DNA of 64,000 bases from a virus: IMG/VR virus record IMGVR_UViG_3300028048_000061, positions 1-64,000 of that record; one strand, given 5' to 3'. The translations under genes were made by a program, and so were the position numbers. The first letter of the stretch is position 1. Each line of letters begins with the position of its first letter. Shown piece by piece: positions 35,927 through 45,927 of this stretch. The notes below the pieces were generated by a model. The model had not been told where the DNA came from and did not search any database. It worked only from the letters and a program-made list of their open reading frames with translations.

Positions 35927-37561
35927 ATGACAGAAAATGATAATATAAGACATTATATAGGTAGCTTGGAAGCCACAGAGGACATTGATGTTATGTTCAA
36001 GCATATCTATGACCTTATGCTAGCAAATGGAGGAGAAGGGTCAGGATTAAACGCCGATATGCTTGACGGGTATCATGCATCGGATTTCGCACCGGCATCA
36101 TTAAAGGATGATATGGATTATTCTATCCAAGAAATTATTATTAATGGGCGAAGCTATAACAAAGGCGAGCCATTAGAAATACAGATAGGAGATATCATCA
36201 ATGCTGGTACAACCAATTATACGACAGCAGAATTTGATACACTAGCAAAAATAATTAACAATATTAAAACTTCAATAGAAGGATTAGACACAAGAACAGA
36301 AAATGTCGAAGATGGATTAAATAATGTAGGCAATATATCACGCTTTTTAGATAACGAAGATATGAGAGATGCATTAACCGCATTGACAGAAAATAATCTT
36401 CAAATTATTGGAGAAGGTATTGAGCAAAAATATTATTTAGATGCAGACAGTATTAATGGATTGTCATTACAGGTTGTAACTCAAGAAATGTATGATAATC
36501 TAGAGAATGATATTAAATTAGACCCACGAAACGTTTTCATTATTAATAATGATATCGGAGAGGCAATTGATGATGGAGAGTATGCGCCTCCAAGTATTTT
36601 GCAAGCAGGGATAAATCTTCAATTTGATATTAATCCAAATACTCACAATCTTGAATATTCCATTGACGGACGAACTTGGAAAACACTAAAAAATATTGTA
36701 GGGACAGAAAACAACAAAGGATTCTTGTATCCAACGTGGTTTAGCTTAATAAAAGATGTTATCGAAACCGAAGAACTAGAATTAGACCAAGAAGATTATC
36801 CATTCCTCTTAAATTCAGATGATGCAAAAGCAGAATTAGCCGATGAAATACAAGATTTAACAGAATATAAAGTTGGTGGGGTTACTATTGGATTACAATC
36901 AGTTACACCAACGTCATCAGAAACAAACATTGATATAACAAATCAACTAGACGCCTATTTAAATACATGGGTACAGAACCAAACAAACACTAATACGTTA
37001 AAGCAACAACTAGGTATCAATAATATTCTTTCGACCGTAAGCACCATAAACACACAATATGAAAACAAAAACAATAAACGGTCAAGCATGGTTGGTAGCG
37101 GAAATACAACAGAATATCCATCAACAAAAGCAATTGTTGACTATATTAATCCTATTCAATCGTCATTACAGAATCAAATTAATTCCCTTAAACAACTTTT
37201 AACGTTAAAAACAGGTTCGGCACCGGCATACACAACTTTCTTTAACGGAACAATATACTTCAGGAAAATAGGTGGCTGGGTATTTGTAACTGGAAGTTGT
37301 AAAACAAAAACGACCGTAAATTATACCGGATATGATGATTATTGGAATTTTTGTATGATTCCAAGCGGTTTTGAACCAAATGATACTTGTCGTGTTGTTG
37401 CTCAATGTAATGCATCAGATAAATGTTTTATTTATTTTAATACAGATGGAGCCGCTTTGATAGGCCGATTTGATTATCTTAACAAAAGAGCTGGAACGTA
37501 TACTCTTCCAAAAGATTATTGGATAACTATGTCTACATCATACCCAGCTAAATATCCATAG
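35927..37561 (+). CDS. Tail fibre-like protein
   Basis: GLNADMLDGYHASDF fibre motif; C-terminal tip GTIYFRKIGGWVFV..IPSGFEP. Confidence 0.7.
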   Translation: MTENDNIRHYIGSLEATEDIDVMFKHIYDLMLANGGEGSGLNADMLDGYHASDFAPASLKDDMDYSIQEIIINGRSYNKGEPLEIQIGDIINAGTTNYTTAEFDTLAKIINNIKTSIEGLDTRTENVEDGLNNVGNISRFLDNEDMRDALTALTENNLQIIGEGIEQKYYLDADSINGLSLQVVTQEMYDNLENDIKLDPRNVFIINNDIGEAIDDGEYAPPSILQAGINLQFDINPNTHNLEYSIDGRTWKTLKNIVGTENNKGFLYPTWFSLIKDVIETEELELDQEDYPFLLNSDDAKAELADEIQDLTEYKVGGVTIGLQSVTPTSSETNIDITNQLDAYLNTWVQNQTNTNTLKQQLGINNILSTVSTINTQYENKNNKRSSMVGSGNTTEYPSTKAIVDYINPIQSSLQNQINSLKQLLTLKTGSAPAYTTFFNGTIYFRKIGGWVFVTGSCKTKTTVNYTGYDDYWNFCMIPSGFEPNDTCRVVAQCNASDKCFIYFNTDGAALIGRFDYLNKRAGTYTLPKDYWITMSTSYPAKYP

Positions 37562-37572
37562 GAGACACCAAA

Positions 37573-38397
37573 ATGACAATTTTAAATCAAAATAAAAAGA
37601 TTTCTGAAGATTATACTTTTATTATAGACGCCGAAGAGTTTTTTGGCGATAATCCAGAGATATATGCTTATCAGAACAATGCATGGTCAACATTGACGGG
37701 AGGGGCTTTTGATACAGCATATCAATTGATTCAAGCCGAGATTTTATCAAACAACACATTAACGTTAATGCCTCCAGACGCCGATATTGACAACCTAACG
37801 GATGATGTATATATTGGAGTGAAGACAAGTAATCAAATTGGATTTCCTGACATTGCAAGTGGTCGTCCATTTATAACAATAATTGATGACGGAGCGATAA
37901 CTTGTATGCCGACGAAATTATCTTCTCTCGAAGGAATAAAAATTGCAGATGCATCAACCTACACACCAGAAGACGGAGAGTATTTATCTGCAAAGCAGAT
38001 ATACAATATAATAGGTTCGGAAGGAGGTGGTGGTGGAGCAAATATCTCCATCACAACAAGCTGGGAAACAACACCGTCAGACGAAAAGGTTCCCTCAGAA
38101 AAATTAGTAAAAGATACCATAGATGCTTTAATTGATTCAGGAGGTGGTGGTGGAGCAGATATCTCCATCGTAACAAGTTGGGAGACAACACCGTCAGATG
38201 TAAAGGTTCCCTCAGAAAAATTAGTAAAAGATACCATAGATACTTTAATTGATTCGGGAAGTGGTGATGGAGCAGATACCCCTATCGTAACAAGTTGGGA
38301 GACAACACCGTCAAATGCAAAGGTTCCCTCAGAAAAATTAGTAAGAGATACCATAGATGATTTAATTGGAGACATAATGAACTATATTGAGGGATAA
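37573..38397 (+). CDS. Fibre-associated protein with three 39-aa repeats
   Basis: GGGGGANISITTSWETTPSDEKVPSEKLVKDTID x3. Confidence 0.75.
   Translation: MTILNQNKKISEDYTFIIDAEEFFGDNPEIYAYQNNAWSTLTGGAFDTAYQLIQAEILSNNTLTLMPPDADIDNLTDDVYIGVKTSNQIGFPDIASGRPFITIIDDGAITCMPTKLSSLEGIKIADASTYTPEDGEYLSAKQIYNIIGSEGGGGGANISITTSWETTPSDEKVPSEKLVKDTIDALIDSGGGGGADISIVTSWETTPSDVKVPSEKLVKDTIDTLIDSGSGDGADTPIVTSWETTPSNAKVPSEKLVRDTIDDLIGDIMNYIEG
38023..38372 (+). repeat. 117-bp intragenic tandem repeat x3
   Basis: Units start at 38023, 38140, 38257 with high nucleotide identity. Confidence 0.92.
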
Positions 38398-38398
38398 A

Positions 38399-39124
38399 AT
38401 GATAGATTTATATTTTAAAGTAACCCCTCAAAACTTTCTACACAGAATAGATTCAAAATTAATAGAAAACCAACAAGACGAAGAATATATTTGTCATTTC
38501 ATATTCGAAAGTGATGATTGGCAAGATAAACAGAAATTTGTGACATTCTCCATTAGAAATAAGGAATATACATCACCTCTTAACGAAGAAAATGAATATT
38601 CTAGCCCAATTCCTTATATCGCATTAACAAGCTGTATTATCCATATTAAAGTGCATTGCGATGATATAATCACTAGAAATCAAGTATCATTAGTTGTATC
38701 TCAACCAAAAGAAGAGATAATTTATGAATGTAAAGACCAAGAAGATTATCATGACGTATATGCAGATGCATTTAACAAGATTAACACTAAATTTGATAAC
38801 GCACAATTGGATGGAAACGATATAGTTTTCTATGCTAATGGAGAAGAAATATCAAGAATTTCGTTAGGCATTATTGGACATCAAGCTAATTGGGCAGAAA
38901 CGAATGAATTTGATATAACATATATTCAAAATAAACCGAGCATCATTAATAATTTTAAATACGAAAATGATAATTTAATATGTTTAGAAGATGATGAGGT
39001 TAAACAAACAGTTTCTTTAAAACACAATCATCAATCTATAGATGTTACTGATTTTGATGATGAGGTTGATATTGATTTGAATAGTTTATTAATTAATCTT
39101 ACAGAGAATATAAGGAGTTTATAA
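38399..39124 (+). CDS. BppU-like fibre/baseplate protein
   Basis: N-terminal HFIFESDDWQ..K.VTF; QANWAETN..YIQNKP fibre motif. Confidence 0.5.
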   Translation: MIDLYFKVTPQNFLHRIDSKLIENQQDEEYICHFIFESDDWQDKQKFVTFSIRNKEYTSPLNEENEYSSPIPYIALTSCIIHIKVHCDDIITRNQVSLVVSQPKEEIIYECKDQEDYHDVYADAFNKINTKFDNAQLDGNDIVFYANGEEISRISLGIIGHQANWAETNEFDITYIQNKPSIINNFKYENDNLICLEDDEVKQTVSLKHNHQSIDVTDFDDEVDIDLNSLLINLTENIRSL

Positions 39125-39125
39125 T

Positions 39126-40364
39126 ATGGCAGTAGACGCGTCAATAGTAGCGGCTTTTGTACAAGCGCTTACGGATAAATTTGAGAACAAAGTAGCAAAT
39201 AAAAAAAGTGATATATCTGGTGATTTCTCATCAGATACAGTAAGTTATCCAACAGTACAAGCAGTAAAGAGTTTTATATCAAGTGCAATTAGTGGAAAAG
39301 CTAATTCGAGTGATTTGGCTGATGTAGCAACAAGCGGTTCATATACTGATTTAACAAACAAGCCAACAATCCCATCAAAAACATCAGATTTAACAAATGA
39401 TAGTAATTTTTTAACAAGTCATCAAGACATTAGCGGGAAACAAGATAAATCAAATATCGTAACATCATGGAGTGTTACAACATCAGATACAAAATATCCA
39501 AGCGAAAAATTAGTCAAAACCGATTTAGATAATAAAGTTGACAAAGTAACCGGAAAAGGATTGTCCACAAATGATTACGACAACACGGCAAAAAATAAAG
39601 TCGATAACTTAAAAACAGTAGCTACAAGTGGAAGCTACAATGACTTAACAAACAAGCCAACAATTCCAACCGTCGTAAGTACCATAGAAAATGGCAATGC
39701 AAATGCAATATCAAGCGATGCGGTTTATGATGCATTAGCATTGAAGGCAGACAATTCAAGCTTAGCAACAGTAGCTACAAGTGGAAGCTATAATGACTTA
39801 ACAAACAAGCCAACGATTAGTGATTTTGGCGGAGTAGTTACTGTTGAAAAAAAACAAACAGCAGAGACTGGCTATCTTGCAACCTATGAAGTTAAACAAA
39901 ATGGAACAAAAGTAGGAGCAAGCATTAATATTCCTAAAGATTATTTAGTTAAATCTGCAACCGTAGGAGTCGTATCAACAGCAAATAATCCCGTTTCTGG
40001 ATATCAAGTTGGAGATAAGTATTTGGATTTTGTTATCAATACAAAGGATAATACAGGAACCGATGAGCATTTGTATGTATTAGTATCTGATTTAATTGAT
40101 ATTTATGAGGCGGATGAAAGTACATTAACATTAAGTGGTCATACATTTAGCGTGAAAAACGGTGGCATTACACTAGCCAAATTATCAAGTAGTGTGCAAA
40201 CAAGCTTAGGTTACGCAGATGCTTGGAATAGTAGTCCGGCTAAAAATATTACGGCTGCTCAAATCACTAGTTGGGATACGGCAGTAGCTGGTGGTTTAAC
40301 AATAAATGATGTTGATTCAGAAATAGAAGCGTATTTAACAGCGATTACAGAAGCATTAGAATAA
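39126..40364 (+). CDS. Tail fibre protein with VATSGSY.DL.NKPTI repeats
   Basis: Three VATSGSYxDLTNKPTI repeats and one YPSEKLVK module. Confidence 0.8.
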   Translation: MAVDASIVAAFVQALTDKFENKVANKKSDISGDFSSDTVSYPTVQAVKSFISSAISGKANSSDLADVATSGSYTDLTNKPTIPSKTSDLTNDSNFLTSHQDISGKQDKSNIVTSWSVTTSDTKYPSEKLVKTDLDNKVDKVTGKGLSTNDYDNTAKNKVDNLKTVATSGSYNDLTNKPTIPTVVSTIENGNANAISSDAVYDALALKADNSSLATVATSGSYNDLTNKPTISDFGGVVTVEKKQTAETGYLATYEVKQNGTKVGASINIPKDYLVKSATVGVVSTANNPVSGYQVGDKYLDFVINTKDNTGTDEHLYVLVSDLIDIYEADESTLTLSGHTFSVKNGGITLAKLSSSVQTSLGYADAWNSSPAKNITAAQITSWDTAVAGGLTINDVDSEIEAYLTAITEALE

Positions 40365-40391
40365 ATGAACATATAATCAGAGGTGTTTATC

Positions 40392-41069
40392 ATTAATCAA
40401 AATCTCATTGATGATTTCACAGACAAAATAAACGAAAAAGAGAAAAAAAATAATAAAGTAACATCTTGGAGTCCGACAACAACAGACGCCCATTATCCTT
40501 CAGAGAAGTTGGTTAAGGATAGTCTTGACAGTAAAGCGAGTTCGTCACATACTCATGGAAATTTGCAGAACAATGGTCAAGTAGGTAGCACCGCCCAAGC
40601 GAACAAGAATGTTGTAACCGATAGTAGTGGGAAGATTACAACAGAGGACAAACCAACAATTCCTGATGTAAGTGGAAAAGAAGACATTAGTAATAAAACA
40701 TCAAGCTGGAATGCAGCCACAAATAATACGCGTTACCCAACAGAAAAGCTTGTGAAAGATTCTTTAGACCTCAAGGCCAATAGCGCGGACTTATCAACAG
40801 TTGCTACAACTGGCGATTATGAGGATTTGTTGAATTTGCCAGAAGAGATATGTATAACAGATTTCTATTATGATGCAACATCTGACGAATTAGTGTTAAA
40901 CACTTGCACAAATAACGACATAAGCACAATAACAAGCAAGGAAGACAAGTCAAATAAAGTAACATCTTGGAGTGCTACGCCAACACACTCCCATTATCCT
41001 TCAGAAAAGTTGGTTAAGGATTACATAGATGATATGATTGGCAATATAATTGAATATATTGAGGGGTAG
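40392..41069 (+). CDS. Tail fibre-like protein with three YP(S/T)EKLVKD modules; probable ATT start
   Basis: The track start GTG 40383 lies inside the RBS gaggtg; ATT is 6 nt downstream. Repeat modules are shared with 37573 and 39126. Confidence 0.72.
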   Translation: MNQNLIDDFTDKINEKEKKNNKVTSWSPTTTDAHYPSEKLVKDSLDSKASSSHTHGNLQNNGQVGSTAQANKNVVTDSSGKITTEDKPTIPDVSGKEDISNKTSSWNAATNNTRYPTEKLVKDSLDLKANSADLSTVATTGDYEDLLNLPEEICITDFYYDATSDELVLNTCTNNDISTITSKEDKSNKVTSWSATPTHSHYPSEKLVKDYIDDMIGNIIEYIEG

Positions 41070-41070
41070 A

Positions 41071-41598
41071 ATGACAGAATATCGTACATTATTAAGTAAC
41101 TTCATTAAAAAGTCAAACACATCAGGACTAATCAAAAACAATGGAACTGTTGACACAACAACTTATGCCACATTGAATCAAGTGTATCCAGTTGGCTCAA
41201 TTTATATGAGCATAAACTCGACAGACCCATCAACATTGTTCGGTGGTTCTTGGACGAGATTGAAAGACACATTCCTTTTGGCTTGTGGTGATACATACAG
41301 TTCTGATGGAGATGTTGCGACATCACAACATGGAAGTGCTACTGTAACCTTAACATCTGGACAAAGTGGAGTTCCTGCCCACTCACACAAATATCAAGAT
41401 TACAACACCACCTACACATTAAAGACAACAAATCGTAAACCAGGAACTTCAACTGCCGTTGCATATGGTACAAGTTTGACTGCTGGTGGTGGTGCAACAG
41501 AAAGAACATCAAGCAACAACTCTGCTGCTAATGCAAGTCAAGCACACGAGAACATGCCTCCTTACATGGCGGTATATATGTGGAAGCGAATATCATAA
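41071..41598 (+). CDS. Tail fibre tip/collar-type protein
   Basis: VYPVGSIYMSINSTDP..LFGGSW..FLLA..HENMPPYMAVYMWKR, a widespread phage fibre C-terminal motif set. Confidence 0.8.
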   Translation: MTEYRTLLSNFIKKSNTSGLIKNNGTVDTTTYATLNQVYPVGSIYMSINSTDPSTLFGGSWTRLKDTFLLACGDTYSSDGDVATSQHGSATVTLTSGQSGVPAHSHKYQDYNTTYTLKTTNRKPGTSTAVAYGTSLTAGGGATERTSSNNSAANASQAHENMPPYMAVYMWKRIS

Positions 41599-41612
41599 AA
41601 AAGGTGAGATTA

Positions 41613-43181
41613 ATGAGCAACGAACTTATAATAAAAATAGAAGCCAATCAGACAAATGGAATGAGGGTATCAGAATTAAATCTTGATGGTTCAAACATTA
41701 CCATTGATTGGGGAGATTCAACTATTGATGATTATTCGGAATCCATAGAACACGAATATGATGAAGAAGGCGAGTACACCATAACAATAACTGGAGTGTC
41801 TGGAATACATGCTGGTTTGTTATATGGTGTTGGAAATGTTGTAGAAGTCATTATCCCAAACAACATAACAACATTGTCAAACAGTGTTTTTAGGGGGTGC
41901 GGTAATCTTGAAAAAGTGGTTTTGCCAAATGGAATATCCTCAATTGGAAATAGGTTTTGCTATGATTGTTCAAATCTTGTTGAAATCAACTTGCCTGATG
42001 GACTTGAAGATATAGGAACTTATTTCTTATCTGGGTGTGGATTGGACGAAGTTGTGTTCCCATATGGATTATCTACAATTAGAACCAGAGCATTGTTGGG
42101 TAGTAATGTGAGCAATGTTGTAATTCCAAAATCTGTAACAAGCATTGGAGATTATGCATTTCAAGATTGTCGAAACTTATCATATATTGAAATACCAAAT
42201 AGTGTTGAGTCAATAGGCGCTTTGTTCGGTAAAGGTTCTTCATTGACAACAATCAAATTCCATTCAGAAACACCGCCGACAATGGGCGAAGGTCTGATGA
42301 TGGGTAATTTTGATTGCAGTTTTCATGTTCCAGAAGGAAGTCGTGTTAACTATATGAATACAACAGGTTATCCAACTTCATCTACAAGATATGTTGAATA
42401 TCCTACATTGAAAAGCAAATTGGTTGGCTTAGGCAAAATATTAGAAGACAAACTATTGGATGATGGGATTGCAGCTGACTGGACTGATGGGTTGAACACT
42501 TTAGCAGACGATGTATCAAGGATAGGTGAAGAAGATATTTTAGGGGTAGGAACTATCAATACAACTGCCTTGGATTTTAGAAATTTGGTTAATCAAGTAA
42601 ATGTACCATCAAATGTTACTGAAATTGGGGATAGAAGTTTTGTATGGTTTAATATAACATCTTGCACATTACCAAATGGACTAACATCAATAGGGTCATA
42701 TGCATTTTATCACTCAAAATTGAATACATTAACCATTCCAAGCACTGTTTCAACGATAGGTACATATGCTTTTGGATATACAAACTTAACAACAATAACC
42801 ATTCCTGCAAATGTCCAAATATTAGATTACAGTACATTCCGTAACTGTTCAAGTTTAGTTGAAGTATCTTTTGCTTCAAATTCATCATTGACAACAATAA
42901 AGGACTATGCTTTTTGTTATTGTTACTCTCTTCAAGAAATCGATATACCTTCAGGAGTTACATCAATAGGGTATCGTGCTTTTTGGAGATGCAACAGTCT
43001 TCAAAAGATAAAATTCAACAGTACAACTCCTCCAACATTGGATGCAGAAGCGATTTCAGATTCATATTGGCAATTGCCGACAACTTGTATTATCGAAGTT
43101 CCACAAGGTCGTCTTAATACATACAAAAATGCGACGAACTATCCAGACCCAAGTGTTTACACATATGTAGAGAGTGATTAA
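41613..43181 (+). CDS. BspA-type leucine-rich-repeat protein (putative adhesin/receptor binding)
   Basis: IDWGD N-domain; repeated IPxxVTSIGxxAFxxC (LRR_5) units. Confidence 0.85.
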   Translation: MSNELIIKIEANQTNGMRVSELNLDGSNITIDWGDSTIDDYSESIEHEYDEEGEYTITITGVSGIHAGLLYGVGNVVEVIIPNNITTLSNSVFRGCGNLEKVVLPNGISSIGNRFCYDCSNLVEINLPDGLEDIGTYFLSGCGLDEVVFPYGLSTIRTRALLGSNVSNVVIPKSVTSIGDYAFQDCRNLSYIEIPNSVESIGALFGKGSSLTTIKFHSETPPTMGEGLMMGNFDCSFHVPEGSRVNYMNTTGYPTSSTRYVEYPTLKSKLVGLGKILEDKLLDDGIAADWTDGLNTLADDVSRIGEEDILGVGTINTTALDFRNLVNQVNVPSNVTEIGDRSFVWFNITSCTLPNGLTSIGSYAFYHSKLNTLTIPSTVSTIGTYAFGYTNLTTITIPANVQILDYSTFRNCSSLVEVSFASNSSLTTIKDYAFCYCYSLQEIDIPSGVTSIGYRAFWRCNSLQKIKFNSTTPPTLDAEAISDSYWQLPTTCIIEVPQGRLNTYKNATNYPDPSVYTYVESD

Positions 43182-43183
43182 AA

Positions 43184-43309
43184 ATGACAGTAACACATAC
43201 TATAAGCAAAACAAGAGCAAAAGTTGGAGAAACAGTAACAGTATCAACATCAGGGATTGAAGCTGGAGTGATGAATAATGAGTACAATAACAGCAAAAGT
43301 CGATTTTAA
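43184..43309 (+). pseudogene. 41-codon relic ORF (MTVTHTISKTRAKVGETVTVST...)
   Basis: Own RBS gagtga; beta-strand-like start cut short and overlapped by the RBS and start of the next gene. Confidence 0.35.
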
Positions 43310-45590
43310 CCCATATATGCAAAGAGAGTTACCTCTTCCAAACATAAACGGTACAAATATACAAGTGGACTGGGGAGACGGAAGCCAAATAGAAACATTC
43401 GCCAATGGAACAGGAAATGCCACACATTCCTATACAAACAACCAGAACCATGATTACAAATATGAAATAATCATAACAGGTGACATAACAGGATTAGGGA
43501 ACGATGCATTCCGTTCGTTTTATTATGTTGAAGTCAAATTGCCCGAAGGAATAACAACCATTGGAAATGCCTGTTTCAGAGAAAGCAGAGTGGAGCAACT
43601 GACAATCCCAAAAACAGTTACGAGCATAGGAGACGAATTCAACTACAGAAACACAGCACTGAAAACATTAACAATAAATGGGAACAGCCTAACCACAATA
43701 GGTACAGATTTCTGTTTCGTAGCATCAAGCCTTGCTACACTGAAACTCCCTGACAGCATAACAAATATAGGAATAAGAGCATTCAGTGCTTGCACTTCCT
43801 TGAAAGAATTCCCAGTCCCCCGAAACTTGACAGGGTTTTCAAGATATTTCTTGCAGAATGCCTCACCTGACTTAATATTAAAATTCAAAAATGGACCAAT
43901 AAGCAACCCACCAATCAATACAAATACAAAAATAATTGTACCATTAAATAAATTACAGGATTTCATTAACCATTCAAGTTACCCTAACGAAAGAGAAAGA
44001 TATGATGTATTTGGAAAAAATTTATCAGAAAAGGTTTATGTTTTAGGAGTGCATTTGGCAGAAAATCTTCAGGATAAAAATATTGTCGCAAGTGCAAATG
44101 ATGGATTGACTACATTGGCAAACAAAATCCCAAAAACAGTTATAACTCAACCAAATTCAAGAAAGACATCATTTGATGAAATACCTGTTGATATAAGGAT
44201 TCCACAAAATGTAACTTCATTAAAAGATTATTGTTTTGGAAAATACGATGCAAATCGTTATTTTGGAATGGTTAATTTAAGAAAAATTGAACTTCCACAA
44301 CAATTAACTTCAATAGGAAAACATGCATTCACATCTTGTGTCAACCTTGAAAAAATAAAGTTCACAAGCACCACACCTCCAACAGTAGATGAAACGACAT
44401 TTTCAGCATTGCCAACTAATTGTATCATAGAAGTTCCATATTCAACCATTCAGACATATCAATCAACACAATATTACCCTAATCCAAAATTTTACCATTA
44501 TAAGGAAACAATATCTGATTCAAACATTGGATTTTTCCACGATGAAAATAATTGGAACAACGACCCAAAGATAAATATAAGTCAAGAAAAGATAACAACA
44601 AATGATATGATATGGTTAAACTCACAGTTTACAACAAGCCAATCTTATATATTGACATTTGATGTTATCTGCACAAAACAGAATAATAATGGAATATTGC
44701 TATTCAGTACATCACAAAGCTTAAATGACTCTGGATATTATATCTATTCTGCAAATTCCAAAACATATGTTTTTGATGGAGAAACAACAAGCCAAATAAA
44801 TAAAGAATACTTAAATTATGGCATTCATAGAATTAAAATAGATTGCTTAAGAAATAATGCTTCCATTGAAATAGATGGTGAGATTGTCATTGATAATTTA
44901 AATGTTTCAAATTTACCCAATACAATAGGATTGAAAGCATCAGATGGAGGGAACATAAGCATTTCAAACATTGACTTGATTGAATATGAATGCATTTACC
45001 ATGACAAATGCAACAGTTCAAGCAATCTGTCAAATTATGGTTCTGCAATTCATATCCATGGGAATGATAAAAATCTTGATTGCCAATTGACATATAATTC
45101 ATCAGGACAATATTATAATTTTGGTGTTCCAGGTGTTGGAACAAATCAATCATTTAGACCAATAACTTCATTAAACAATAAGTCTACAAGTTTTAAAGTA
45201 ATAATGAAATGTCATGGTGGGAACAGTAGTGTAGGATTTGTAGCATATGGCGATTCTTCAAACTTTTGCTATTTTGAATATAAAACATCATATGGTTACC
45301 TTGATGGTGGAGGCAAAATAAATGGAACCTCTTTAATAAGTGGTGGAACAGTATTAGGTCTACAAGAAAACTTAATAGAAATAATTCCTGCAACACTTGA
45401 AATCCATGTTGATATGGAAAATCTAACTATGAGGTGCATAGGCAAATGGGAAAATGAAGAAAAACCATACACTTATACATACCAAATACCATCAAATGTA
45501 ACGAAATTTGGTTTATATACTTCACAAGCATCTAATGGTACATATGGTCTTGGAAACATATATGATATAAAAATTATAGAAAGCATATAA
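43278..45590 (+). CDS. Second BspA-type LRR protein with C-terminal beta-sandwich domains
   Basis: VDWGDG N-domain, LRR_5 units, lectin-like beta-rich C-terminus. Confidence 0.82.
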   Translation: MSTITAKVDFNPYMQRELPLPNINGTNIQVDWGDGSQIETFANGTGNATHSYTNNQNHDYKYEIIITGDITGLGNDAFRSFYYVEVKLPEGITTIGNACFRESRVEQLTIPKTVTSIGDEFNYRNTALKTLTINGNSLTTIGTDFCFVASSLATLKLPDSITNIGIRAFSACTSLKEFPVPRNLTGFSRYFLQNASPDLILKFKNGPISNPPINTNTKIIVPLNKLQDFINHSSYPNERERYDVFGKNLSEKVYVLGVHLAENLQDKNIVASANDGLTTLANKIPKTVITQPNSRKTSFDEIPVDIRIPQNVTSLKDYCFGKYDANRYFGMVNLRKIELPQQLTSIGKHAFTSCVNLEKIKFTSTTPPTVDETTFSALPTNCIIEVPYSTIQTYQSTQYYPNPKFYHYKETISDSNIGFFHDENNWNNDPKINISQEKITTNDMIWLNSQFTTSQSYILTFDVICTKQNNNGILLFSTSQSLNDSGYYIYSANSKTYVFDGETTSQINKEYLNYGIHRIKIDCLRNNASIEIDGEIVIDNLNVSNLPNTIGLKASDGGNISISNIDLIEYECIYHDKCNSSSNLSNYGSAIHIHGNDKNLDCQLTYNSSGQYYNFGVPGVGTNQSFRPITSLNNKSTSFKVIMKCHGGNSSVGFVAYGDSSNFCYFEYKTSYGYLDGGGKINGTSLISGGTVLGLQENLIEIIPATLEIHVDMENLTMRCIGKWENEEKPYTYTYQIPSNVTKFGLYTSQASNGTYGLGNIYDIKIIESI

Positions 45591-45723
45591 GATAAAACAT
45601 AAATCTGATTGAAAGAGATTGTGGATGTGTGATATTAGGTGATTGTTGTAATCGTATAAATAAAATTAGTGAATTAACTATTAAAGAATTATAAAATAAA
45701 AAATAACAAGGAGACATATTAAA

Positions 45724-45909
45724 ATGTTAGGATTATTATTAATATTTAGCTTTTGGATAGCAATTACCATAATGGTAGTATTACCTTTAATTATCGTATT
45801 TGCTTTAGGAAGCATATTTGCAGAAAGATTAGGACTTGATGGCTTTGATTATTATTGCTTTATGATATTATTCTATATTATCATATTGGGGATATTAATT
45901 ATTATATAA
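45724..45909 (+). CDS. Small two-TM membrane protein
   Basis: 61 aa, two hydrophobic helices, RBS ggag. Confidence 0.7.
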   Translation: MLGLLLIFSFWIAITIMVVLPLIIVFALGSIFAERLGLDGFDYYCFMILFYIIILGILIII

Positions 45910-45927
45910 AAAATATGAGGTAATCAT

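Noticed and set aside
35927-45590. Diversity-generating retroelement acting on fibre genes
   Set aside because: No reverse transcriptase in the window, and the repeats differ at all base types rather than only at adenines.
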